From a virus (Duplodnaviria; Heunggongvirae; Uroviricota; Caudoviricetes), in IMG/VR virus record IMGVR_UViG_2693429700_000003, positions 1 through 13,710 of that record: a stretch of DNA of 13,710 nucleotides; one strand, given 5' to 3'. The position numbers and the translations under genes are program-made. This document shows positions 1-6,895 of this stretch, piece by piece (the first letter of the stretch is position 1; each line of letters starts with the position of its first letter). Under the pieces are notes generated by a model, which made no database searches, was not told the origin of the DNA, and saw only the letters and a program-made list of their open reading frames with translations.

Positions 1-357
1 AACCATGACAGCGTTCTGTACTTCAGGGGCCAGCTTGTCAAAAGTGACGTTCATCGGATCTGATTCAGTCTCAACCGGGACAAAGGAAGCAGAGTCCTCA
101 TCCCAGCGGTTTTCCTGCATATATTCAGCATCCCAGGAATCGAGGGCAGGGCGGGGTATACCGGGTTTATCCTCGCAAACAAGAAATTTATAAGCGCAGT
201 CCTGAGCAGCCGGATATTGCTCCAGGAATTGCCAGGTAAATTTGGCACGGGCGCGGCGTTCGTCACCGGCTTCAATGGCAGTGGCTACAGCAATTGCACC
301 TTCTTCCTTTATTGCCTGTTCGTCCGGAATGGCGGCGCAAATAAAGACTTTACTCAT
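1..357 (-). CDS. Conserved prophage protein, N-terminal 119 codons only (gene runs off the left edge); occupies the ydfE position downstream of ydfD in Qin-type dicB operons
   Basis: ATG at 357-355 (minus) with GAGG 8 nt upstream; my manual translation MSKVFICAAIPDEQAIKEEGAIAVATAIEAGDERRARAKF... stays open to position 1; absent from the ORF track because there is no stop inside the window. Confidence 0.6.
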   Translation of the reverse strand, partial: MSKVFICAAIPDEQAIKEEGAIAVATAIEAGDERRARAKFTWQFLEQYPAAQDCAYKFLVCEDKPGIPRPALDSWDAEYMQENRWDEDSASFVPVETESDPMNVTFDKLAPEVQNAVMV

Positions 358-449
358 TTTGTTTTACCTCATTACAGATTTAAGGGTGAACAAATCCCTG
401 CCATTGCTGGCATATAAGAATGAAACCGGATATTTATTACGGAACTGTT

Positions 450-641
450 TTAAAGACCTGCCGGGATTTCGTTATTATCCTGGTGAATAACTTTATCGAC
501 CGGGTAACAGTTACCGGGAATTTTCTGTTCGGTTGCTGCAGTCACACACTCCTGCATTGTCCTGTGAACACTGACTGCAATATCAACTGGCTCTCCGGAA
601 ACAAGAAAAACTGTCAGAACAAGTGCAAATGCTGTATTCAT
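450..641 (-). CDS. Small membrane protein, 63 aa, YdfD-like (N-terminal hydrophobic helix MNTAFALVLTVFLVSG)
   Basis: Internal ATG of track ORF 450..695; AAAGGA 8 nt upstream; start overlaps the stop of the upstream gene (ATGA at 641-638), indicating translational coupling; size and position match ydfD of Qin. Confidence 0.65.
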   Translation of the reverse strand: MNTAFALVLTVFLVSGEPVDIAVSVHRTMQECVTAATEQKIPGNCYPVDKVIHQDNNEIPAGL

Positions 642-826
642 TGTGCACATCCTTTTTGTATCGGACGTAAACGGGCCAGCATTGAAAGAATGCATATTTT
701 ATTTAATAACTCCCGTTCGTGTTTTCTCTTGTTAATGGCATCTTCAGTAAATACAGGGTTACTGATAGTGACACCAATTTCAAAACAACCTTCAGACGTA
801 TTAACGTTTGGTAATAACGTTTCCAT
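638..826 (-). CDS. dicB: DicB-type cell-division inhibitor, 62 aa
   Basis: Internal ATG (826) of track ORF 638..931 with GAGGA 9 nt upstream; product METLLPNVNTSEGCFEIGVTISNPVFTEDAINKRK... agrees with my recollection of E. coli DicB (62 aa); lies immediately 3' of DicF as in Qin. Confidence 0.7.
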   Translation of the reverse strand: METLLPNVNTSEGCFEIGVTISNPVFTEDAINKRKHERELLNKICILSMLARLRPIQKGCAQ

Positions 827-995
827 TATCGCGTCCTCAACAATGAATTTTGTGATGCGGTGCCTGGTGCCTCCAGGTGACGTTAACCAGTTAACAATTA
901 ACGCCGGATACAGAGAATCCACCCATAACACTGTTTTTGGTTTTAACTGTTCCGCGTGCGCTGAGCCGCATTCACCGCATCACAAAATTCACTTT

Positions 996-1053
996 AAAAA
1001 GGGCGGCAGAGCAGTCACGGAGTAAAACTGATACCGCCAAACGTCACCAGAAA
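996..1053 (-). ncRNA. dicF: DicF small regulatory RNA (antisense regulator of ftsZ mRNA) with its intrinsic terminator hairpin and U-tail
   Basis: Minus-strand sequence TTTCTGGTGACGTTTGGCGGTATCAGTTTTACTCCGTGACTGCTCTGCCGCCCTTTTT matches my recollection of DicF essentially base for base; GGCGG...CCGCC stem followed by a T-run. Confidence 0.85.
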
Positions 1054-1384
1054 ATTGATAACAGAGGGCGTTGCAGCGGGGTTGTCGCTTAAGCGTATGG
1101 TCAACCTGACAACCCGGTGTCCTCAACGGGGAAGGAATAACCCCGCCATACTTACCGCCGCGCCATTTCGCGGAGTGCCACAACCGGAAGCGCACGGTCG
1201 AACTAAATTTAACGACACCGTACAGAGAGACCAATTTCGCCGTGCGCTTTCGCGTTATGCCCTGACTTTTCAGGGACATATCCTTTCAGTAAACTGTCAG
1301 TGCCGGATGTTCACCCGTGTCCGGCGCACGCACTCCACCTGACCCGTGGAGAACTCCTTAATTACCAACCCTCAGGAGGGTGAA

Positions 1385-1663
1385 ATGGATAAAAAGCAAA
1401 TTGAGGCCCTGCAATCTATTATTGAAAAACAAGATGAAGCTATCAGGATTCTTTCATATCGCACTGATATGATACTAAATATGCTTTCTGCATTAACGGC
1501 TGCGCTTGGTGGTACAAAAACAAACGTATACCGCGAAGTTGTTATTCAACAGATAGATAAATTTGAAAAAACCATACCAGGTATTAATGCTCATCTTGCA
1601 GAACAAGAGAAAGACCATGCTCTTATGGCAATTTCTTCAGTAGCTCTCCCGAAAGTTGAGTAG
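1385..1663 (+). CDS. Hypothetical protein, 92 aa, predicted helical/coiled-coil; opposite orientation to the surrounding operon
   Basis: ATG at 1385 preceded by AGGAGGG 5 nt upstream (internal start of track ORF 1346..1663); AT-rich; no competing minus-strand ORF of 60 aa or more across 1280-1622; 3' end overlaps the convergent 137-aa gene by 41 nt. Confidence 0.55.
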   Translation: MDKKQIEALQSIIEKQDEAIRILSYRTDMILNMLSALTAALGGTKTNVYREVVIQQIDKFEKTIPGINAHLAEQEKDHALMAISSVALPKVE

Positions 1664-2036
1664 TTTTAATTGTTGTTTTGAAATAATCACTGCTTTCACA
1701 TTTGAGTGATTTCATGGCAATCCAAATGCGGGCCTCTGTGCCTGCATTTGGTTCCAGTTGCTGTAGACGTTTTGCGTCTTCCAAAAGTAAGGCGATAATG
1801 TGTTTCAGCTTCTCATCATTTGCTTGATTCTTGTTTTCAGGCGAATTCTGTCCGCCGAATAGGCGCTTCTCTTCATACAGACCTATAAAGGCACGACGCA
1901 CGTTACCGGATATAGTATCGATGGTTTCTTTTTCTACGGTACTCAGGTCAAGAGTCGCCAGTTGAGAGCGAACCACATTCGATGCCATTTCCTGGAATGG
2001 TACTGGTAAATCTTTAAATTCCATCGTCAACCTCAT
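1623..2036 (-). CDS. Hypothetical protein, 137 aa (133 aa if started at ATG 2024 with GAGG upstream); unknown function
   Basis: Track ORF; start ATG overlaps the stop of the upstream ydfA-like gene (ATGA at 2038-2034); AT-rich relative to flanks. Confidence 0.65.
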   Translation of the reverse strand: MRLTMEFKDLPVPFQEMASNVVRSQLATLDLSTVEKETIDTISGNVRRAFIGLYEEKRLFGGQNSPENKNQANDEKLKHIIALLLEDAKRLQQLEPNAGTEARIWIAMKSLKCESSDYFKTTIKTTQLSGELLKKLP

Positions 2037-2188
2037 CAGTCAGTGTTTCTGGTTAACCAGCGACGCGCGCCAGCTTCAGTTTTAAACGTTTTGCTTCTGG
2101 TATACGCCATCGCGGTAAACGTGCCGTCCTGGTTGGGAAACACGCCGTACACCAGAGATTCGTTGTTGCCAAGATCGATAGTATCCAT
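2036..2188 (-). CDS. Small protein, 50 aa, YdfA-like first gene of the repressor-controlled leftward operon
   Basis: Internal ATG (2188) of track ORF 2036..2281 with GAGG 5 nt upstream; the track's longer start at 2281 lies inside the predicted promoter/operator and has no RBS; product MDTIDLGNNESLVYGVFPNQDGTFTAMAYTRSKTFKTEAGARRWLTRNTD. Confidence 0.55.
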   Translation of the reverse strand: MDTIDLGNNESLVYGVFPNQDGTFTAMAYTRSKTFKTEAGARRWLTRNTD

Positions 2189-2265
2189 GCTGACCTCATT
2201 TCCCCTTAACGCCAGGGTAGCGGAACTGTTTGCTGAGAACACCGTGCGGTGTCTTGATGGGTGGT

Positions 2266-2320
2266 AATTTAGTTTTCTCATGAAGGTTGGTCAAGCGTTT
2301 TTAATGAGAAAACTCAATAT
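2266..2320 (-). promoter_or_regulatory. Leftward early promoter with repressor operators (dicB-operon promoter equivalent): -35 TTGACC (plus 2289-2294 complement), 17-bp spacer, -10 TAAATT (2266-2271 complement)
   Basis: 14-bp TGAGAAAACTCAAT at 2305-2318 is identical to the operator at 2839-2852 in the repressor/cro intergenic region; inverted partial copy at 2271-2283. Confidence 0.5.
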
Positions 2321-2379
2321 TTAATGCAAAATAAAGCCAATACATTGAAATGTAAGGCTTTAAAATTTGTGAAGGGGGG

Positions 2380-2787
2380 TTACTGATGTTTGTTACGTTT
2401 GCGAGCTTCTAGTAGCTCGGTGAATAGGCGATTAAAATTCTCAACGCGGGCACGGAGTTCGCTGATTTGTGCTTGCTGCTCTGATTTTGGAAGTGCGCGA
2501 TACAATCGCAACATCTCCAACTCATCTTCCGATAAGTCTAAGGCGCTGTTGAGTGCAACTGGTGGATCTGGTGTTTTATCCTCGTCACCAAACAGTATCC
2601 AAGTTGGTGAACATTGCAATACCTCAGCCAGGCGATGCAAATTTTGCCCACGCGGGGCTGTATGGTCGCTTTCCCATAGTGAAATTGATGAGCCAGATAC
2701 GCCAGCGGCTTTGCTTAAATCGTTTTGACTTAAACCAACCTGTTTGCGTCTTTCTCTAATTCGTTGACCTAAAGTTTTCTCGTTCAT
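2380..2787 (-). CDS. dicA: DicA-type HTH (Xre/cI-like) prophage repressor, 135 aa
   Basis: Track ORF; N-terminal HTH (LSQNDLSKAAGVSGSSISLWE); motif VLQCSPTWILFGDEDK matches my recollection of E. coli DicA; divergent from a cro-like gene with operators between them. Confidence 0.8.
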   Translation of the reverse strand: MNEKTLGQRIRERRKQVGLSQNDLSKAAGVSGSSISLWESDHTAPRGQNLHRLAEVLQCSPTWILFGDEDKTPDPPVALNSALDLSEDELEMLRLYRALPKSEQQAQISELRARVENFNRLFTELLEARKRNKHQ

Positions 2788-2864
2788 ATTTAGATATCTT
2801 AATAACCCTTGACTTGAGATTCCTTGAGTGATTACTATTGAGAAAACTCAATTTTGGAGGGGTG
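2788..2864. promoter_or_regulatory. Divergent immunity-switch region: rightward promoter (-35 TTGACT 2809-2814, -10 ATTACT/TACTAT 2831-2838) and operator half-sites TTGAG/CTCAA, including the palindrome TTGAGAAAACTCAA (2839-2852)
   Basis: Direct inspection; the palindrome sits between the -10 and the cro RBS GGAGG (2855-2859). Confidence 0.55.
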
Positions 2865-3092
2865 ATGTTTAAATCAGACGTAATTAATTTTTATGGGACG
2901 AAAGCCAAAGTAGCGAAAGCTGCTGGTGTTGATCCATCTGCTGTTTCTCAATGGGGGGAGCTGGTTCCTGAAGGTCGCGCGATGCGCCTGCAAGAGGCAT
3001 CCGGCGGGGAACTTCAGTACGACCCCAAAGTTTATGACGAATATCGTAAGGCAAAGCGGGCGGGGCGGTTGAACAATGAAAATCACCCCTGA
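2865..3092 (+). CDS. dicC: Cro-like HTH regulator, 75 aa (DicC-type)
   Basis: ATG 2865 with GGAGG 5 nt upstream (track ORF 2838..3092 begins at an upstream TTG); divergent from the repressor; C-terminal PEGRAMRLQEASGGELQYDP fits the DicC/Cro family as I recall it. Confidence 0.7.
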   Translation: MFKSDVINFYGTKAKVAKAAGVDPSAVSQWGELVPEGRAMRLQEASGGELQYDPKVYDEYRKAKRAGRLNNENHP

Positions 3093-3627
3093 ACAGGTTT
3101 GTGAGGCTCTGGATGCCTGGGTGTGCCGACCAGGAATGACACAGGAGCAGGCGACGATATTAATCACGGAAGCATTCTGGGCTCTGAAAGAACGCCCGAA
3201 CATCGATGTTCAACGCGTCACGTTTAATGATGGCGAGGTTGATCAACGGGCGCTGGGCGTTAACCGGGTGAAGATATTCGAACGCTGGAAAGCTATCGAC
3301 ACCAGGGATAAGCGGAAAAAATTCACGGCGCTGATTCCGGCAATTATGGAGGCTATCCGAATTAGTGATTTCAGGTTGTATCGTGAGATCAGTGATGGAA
3401 AAAGCATTACGTACATGATCGCCGGATTAAACAAAGAATATGGCGATGTGGTGGAGTCCGGGCTGCTTTTTGCGGATCCAGCTGTTGTGGAACGTGAGAC
3501 TGACGAGCTTATAGAAAAAGCTATTGCTTTCAAGCATGCGTATCGTCAGCAATATCAATATTACTTTGCAGATAAACAAATGTCTGCCAGGGGTTCGTAT
3601 GAGTATCGATGCACTACGATGGGCTAA
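3076..3627 (+). CDS. Hypothetical early protein, 183 aa, in the CII position (possibly a YdaT-like CII analogue; function unverified)
   Basis: Track ORF; start overlaps the cro-like stop and end overlaps the O-like start, so it is in the rightward early operon. Confidence 0.6.
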   Translation: MKITPEQVCEALDAWVCRPGMTQEQATILITEAFWALKERPNIDVQRVTFNDGEVDQRALGVNRVKIFERWKAIDTRDKRKKFTALIPAIMEAIRISDFRLYREISDGKSITYMIAGLNKEYGDVVESGLLFADPAVVERETDELIEKAIAFKHAYRQQYQYYFADKQMSARGSYEYRCTTMG

Positions 3628-4639
3628 AAAGGTGAAAACCGGCAGTTCATCCAGTAAGTCTGTATTGACCTGGCTTGCTGATATGTGCGGTGCCGATTTG
3701 TGTGCATACCCGTCTGTATCTGCACTGGCAGAAGTAACGGAACTAAACAAAAAGACTGTGCAGGACAGCTTACGACACCTGATGGAGATTGGGTTAATTG
3801 TTGATACCGGTGAGAGAAAAGGCAGAACAAAGCAAATTGTGGTGTACCGACTTATCGGTGTAGAAGAAAGTGTTGCCGAGCCTGAATACACCCAAAAACG
3901 GGAGTCTTTAAAGGTGGGTAAAATTGGCGCTGTTAATAAAAACAGTACCGAAAATGGTTATGTTTCAGCACAAAACAGACCCAAAAACGGAACTCTTAGC
4001 TGCATGGAAAATAACCAAAGACACCCAAATTTTCCATCAAAGACACCCAAAAACGGATCACGGAACCCAAAGGAACCCAAAGATCTAAACCCCACACATA
4101 ACGCACGCGAGAGTGCTCCGACCAGTGAGCAGGAAGTTTTGTCGTTACAGGCAGCACCCCTTGTATTCCTGTATGGCCTGAGCGAACCCATCGGAAAATT
4201 TCCGATGACCGATAGCTGGTATCCGTCACGGGATTTTCGACGACGGGCTGCGTTGTGGGGGATGGCTTTGCCGGAGACAGAATTTACACCTGCTGAACTT
4301 GCCGCCTTCCGGGACTACTGGGCAGCGGAGGGGAAAGTGTTTACGCAGATTCAGTGGGAGCAGAAATTCGCCCGTCACGTAAATCACGTCAGGGCGCAGG
4401 TTAAACCAGTCAGCAAGGGGGTAAACCATGCAGCAGCACCAGGTGGCACCGCATCACGGGCAGTTCAGGAAATTCGGGCAGCACGTGAGCAGTGGGAACG
4501 TGAAAACGGATTTATCAGCGACGGAAACGGTCTGGAAGCTGTGGGAACTCATGGGGGAGGTTTATTCGAACCGCTGGACCCAGAAGAACGGGGCCGCACC
4601 TTCGAAGCTCTGGATTGCACAGATTGGCGCGATGACTGA
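3599..4639 (+). CDS. Replication initiator (lambda O-like role): N-terminal DNA-binding region, iteron-bearing linker, DnaT-like C-terminal segment; 346 aa as an ORF, but the true C-terminus may be earlier
   Basis: ATG 3599 (internal start of track ORF 3524..4639); N-terminal MSIDALRWAKKV...SVLTWLADMCG; origin-like iterons inside the coding region; followed by a P-like gene; the last ~70 codons are low-complexity and overlap the P-like frame. Confidence 0.65.
   Translation: MSIDALRWAKKVKTGSSSSKSVLTWLADMCGADLCAYPSVSALAEVTELNKKTVQDSLRHLMEIGLIVDTGERKGRTKQIVVYRLIGVEESVAEPEYTQKRESLKVGKIGAVNKNSTENGYVSAQNRPKNGTLSCMENNQRHPNFPSKTPKNGSRNPKEPKDLNPTHNARESAPTSEQEVLSLQAAPLVFLYGLSEPIGKFPMTDSWYPSRDFRRRAALWGMALPETEFTPAELAAFRDYWAAEGKVFTQIQWEQKFARHVNHVRAQVKPVSKGVNHAAAPGGTASRAVQEIRAAREQWERENGFISDGNGLEAVGTHGGGLFEPLDPEERGRTFEALDCTDWRDD
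3888..4085. repeat. Iteron cluster / putative phage origin of replication inside the initiator gene
   Basis: Repeated (A)GACACCCAAAAACGG-type units at 3888-3902, 3977-3990, 4018-4030 (variant), 4041-4056, plus two short AACCCAAAG copies at 4064-4082; in lambdoid phages the ori lies within the O linker region. Confidence 0.6.
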
Positions 4640-5093
4640 GCAGCAAATCCGACAGGTCTGCCGCCAGTGCATGGACCGCTGCCGGGCGGGTGAAACATGG
4701 CCTCCGGACCTGGCTGAGTTTGTGGCACTGATTTCGGAAAGCGGAGCCAATCCATTCGGTCTGACGGTGGATGCTGTGATGGAGGAGTACCGCCGCTGGC
4801 GCAATGAGTCCTGGCGATATGACGGAAGTGATAAGTACCCGTGGTCTCAGCCTGTGCTGTATCACATTTGCCTCGAGATGCGTTCAAAGGGGATTGAGCG
4901 CCAGATGACCGAAGGGGAATTAAAACGGCTTGCAGAACGGCAGCTGGCGAAATGGGCAAAGCATGTTAGTAACGGCCTGAGCGTTCCGCCAGTCCGGCGA
5001 CAACTGGCGGCACCCAAACGCCCGTCGGGGCCAACGCCAATTGAGTTGCTGAAACAGGAATATGAACGCCGGAAAGCGGCTGGGTTTGTTTGA
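4428..5093 (+). CDS. Lambda P-like replication protein (helicase loader), 221 aa; alternative starts at 4551 or 4632
   Basis: Track ORF; GGGGG 7 nt upstream of ATG 4428; by-eye similarity to lambda P (YPWSQPVLYHICLEMR vs YPWKSNAHYWLVTNLY; ELKRLAERQL vs AELRRKAADEL); no Walker A motif, so not DnaC-like. Confidence 0.65.
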   Translation: MQQHQVAPHHGQFRKFGQHVSSGNVKTDLSATETVWKLWELMGEVYSNRWTQKNGAAPSKLWIAQIGAMTEQQIRQVCRQCMDRCRAGETWPPDLAEFVALISESGANPFGLTVDAVMEEYRRWRNESWRYDGSDKYPWSQPVLYHICLEMRSKGIERQMTEGELKRLAERQLAKWAKHVSNGLSVPPVRRQLAAPKRPSGPTPIELLKQEYERRKAAGFV

Positions 5094-5125
5094 GTTGAGA
5101 AGTAATTTTTACCGGGAGGAAATTT

Positions 5126-5887
5126 ATGGAGACTGTTTTTGACGCACTGAAAGCGATGGGAAAAGCCACGTCGGTAGAACTGGCTGCGCGACTTGATATC
5201 AGTCGTGAAGAAGTGCTGAACGAACTATGGGAACTGAAAAAGGCTGGTTTCGTTGATAAAAGCGCGTACACCTGGCGTGTGGCTTATAACAACGTTCAGC
5301 GGGAACAGCCAGCGTCGGCAGAACTGTCGGAAGAAACCACCACGGCAACAGTCGCTAAAATTTCGGAGAGCGATTTAACTGCGACGATTGAACAACGTGG
5401 CCCACAAACGGCGGATGAACTGGCTACGTTTTTCGGCATCACATCACGCAAAGTGGCTTCAACGCTGGCAATGGCAATCAGTAAAGGTCGTCTGATTCGC
5501 GTTAATCAGAACGGTAAATTTCGTTACTGCATGCCGGGCGATAATTTACCAGCAGAGCCGAAAGCTGCATCGGTAGCGGAAACTGATGGTAAAGCCTTTC
5601 CTCAGCCAGCCGGTGTTGCGTTACCAGTACAGGAAGCTGCAACACAGGAAGATATTAAAACAGAAACTGTGGCGGACATTGTGCAGTCGTTGCCATCGTT
5701 TACCGAAACGCAAGCAGATGAGCTGATTTTTCCGTCCCTGCGCAGGGCAAACCTGGCGCTGCGCAGGGCGAAAAGTGATGTTCAGAAGTGGGAGCGAGTC
5801 TGCGCCGCGCTGCGGGAGCTGAACAAGCACCGGGATATTGTTCGACAGATTACTGATTCTTCCCGCCGTGTTGTATCGGAAAAGTGA
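5126..5887 (+). CDS. Hypothetical protein, 253 aa, with winged-helix-like segments at the N-terminus and mid-protein
   Basis: Track ORF; GGGAGG 7 nt upstream of ATG. Confidence 0.7.
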   Translation: METVFDALKAMGKATSVELAARLDISREEVLNELWELKKAGFVDKSAYTWRVAYNNVQREQPASAELSEETTTATVAKISESDLTATIEQRGPQTADELATFFGITSRKVASTLAMAISKGRLIRVNQNGKFRYCMPGDNLPAEPKAASVAETDGKAFPQPAGVALPVQEAATQEDIKTETVADIVQSLPSFTETQADELIFPSLRRANLALRRAKSDVQKWERVCAALRELNKHRDIVRQITDSSRRVVSEK

Positions 5888-5902
5888 TTGCCGGAGGCGC
5901 TT

Positions 5903-6325
5903 ATGGCAAAAGTATTTACACAAGAAGAGCGGGAAAAAATTAAAGGGCAGGTTGTTGAACTAGTACGCCGGAGTGGGCGCGAGATGTTACGGCAACTGGA
6001 AGCCAAGACAGGTGCGACAAGATATCTGATGAGCGTTCTCGCCAGAGAGCTGGTTGCCAGTGGCGATGTATACAACTCTGGTTACGGGTTATTCCCGTCT
6101 GAACAGGCTCGTAAGGACTGGCAAAATGCCCGCAAAAAACTATCTAGGGCAAAGGTGAAGAAACCATCTGTGGTTGATCCGGATCTTATCTGGTCATTAC
6201 CAGACGGAGAAATACGCCGCTACGACAGGCGTCTGAACATAATCTGTAGCGAGTGCCGGAAGAGCGAAGCTATGCAGCGTGTACTGGCTTTCTATCAGGG
6301 TAATTTTCAGAAGGTGCTGTTGTGA
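5903..6325 (+). CDS. Hypothetical protein, 141 aa
   Basis: ATG 5903 with GGAGG 5 nt upstream (track ORF 5888..6325 begins at an upstream TTG). Confidence 0.65.
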   Translation: MAKVFTQEEREKIKGQVVELVRRSGREMLRQLEAKTGATRYLMSVLARELVASGDVYNSGYGLFPSEQARKDWQNARKKLSRAKVKKPSVVDPDLIWSLPDGEIRRYDRRLNIICSECRKSEAMQRVLAFYQGNFQKVLL

Positions 6326-6430
6326 GCCAAATTAACAATCGGAACTTCGTGAAGAGAAAGCATAATCCAAATCTGAATAATTAAGTTCAGCACTGTAAAT
6401 AAAATTTAATCCTTAACTGGAGGTATATTT

Positions 6431-6643
6431 ATGTTAAATACACAGAAAGCCATTAATGCGGAAAAATATAACGAGTGGGCAAGAAAATTCTCTGAGCAGA
6501 TTTTTAAAATTACTGGCGATGAGAATGTGGCAAAAAATGAATTAGAACCGTGGACACCTGAAGGAAACGCACCAAATTATTGCTGGTGGGAGGTTGATCC
6601 GGTTGATGCTGCAAATGAAGCCATGAGTTACCACAACGATTAA
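6431..6643 (+). CDS. Hypothetical small protein, 70 aa, in an AT-rich moron
   Basis: Track ORF; TGGAGG 7 nt upstream of ATG; marked drop in GC relative to flanks. Confidence 0.6.
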   Translation: MLNTQKAINAEKYNEWARKFSEQIFKITGDENVAKNELEPWTPEGNAPNYCWWEVDPVDAANEAMSYHND

Positions 6644-6675
6644 TGTCGGGAGGCCGCCCGAAAGGGCGGTAAGAA

Positions 6676-6894
6676 ATGACTACATTATTCAGAAAAGAAT
6701 ATCCGCAAAAAAGTAGGGCGACAGAATTTTTGTTTCTCATTCTGTTTATCGTATTGATGATACCGATATCCCCTCTAATTTTTGTCTGGGCAATCGGGAA
6801 AATAATTGAGCCAGTTACTGAATTGTATACCGACGTTGTATGGGCGTCGTTCAACACACTGCACAATAAAATTAATCCGTATAAGGAAAACTGA
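6676..6894 (+). CDS. Small membrane protein, 72 aa (hydrophobic core FLFLILFIVLMIPISPLIFVWAIG)
   Basis: Track ORF; follows a GC-rich hairpin (6652-6670); stop lies 1 nt before the next ATG. Confidence 0.55.
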   Translation: MTTLFRKEYPQKSRATEFLFLILFIVLMIPISPLIFVWAIGKIIEPVTELYTDVVWASFNTLHNKINPYKEN

Positions 6895-6895
6895 T

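Noticed and set aside
5-490. Track ORFs 5..193(+), 51..275(-), 217..417(+), 242..490(+)
   Set aside because: All overlap the better-supported minus-strand ydfE-like gene (1-357) in other frames or on the opposite strand and lack RBSs
420-1025. 201-aa plus-strand ORF
   Set aside because: Antisense to dicB and the ydfD-like gene, runs across the DicF terminator, Cys/Asn-rich odd composition, no RBS
989-1279. 96-aa minus-strand ORF with an AAGGA-like RBS
   Set aside because: Reads straight through the DicF sRNA (996-1053); Arg/Trp/Gly-rich composition typical of a GC-rich non-coding frame; more likely part of the structured DicF precursor, though a short upstream ORF cannot be fully excluded
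1055-1342. 95-aa plus-strand ORF
   Set aside because: Lies in the GC-rich DicF precursor region, no RBS, Arg-rich low-complexity translation
2036-2281. Long (81-aa) form of the ydfA-like ORF
   Set aside because: Its start codon at 2281 lies inside the predicted promoter/operator and has no RBS; the internal ATG at 2188 with GAGG is preferred
2043-2759. Plus-strand ORFs 2043..2267, 2390..2728, 2553..2759
   Set aside because: Antisense to the ydfA-like and repressor genes; no RBS; Ser/Arg-rich translations
2874-4429. Minus-strand ORFs 2874..3203, 3243..3533, 3427..3891, 3624..3830, 3958..4191, 3996..4229, 4226..4429
   Set aside because: Antisense shadows of the cro-like, CII-position and O-like genes in a rightward operon; low-complexity translations
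4515-5271. Minus-strand ORFs 4515..4865, 4549..4959, 4562..4804, 4966..5271
   Set aside because: Antisense to the P-like gene; Pro/Ser/Arg-rich; typical GC-rich antisense frames
5621-6075. Minus-strand ORFs 5621..5923 and 5782..6075
   Set aside because: Antisense to well-supported plus-strand genes with RBSs
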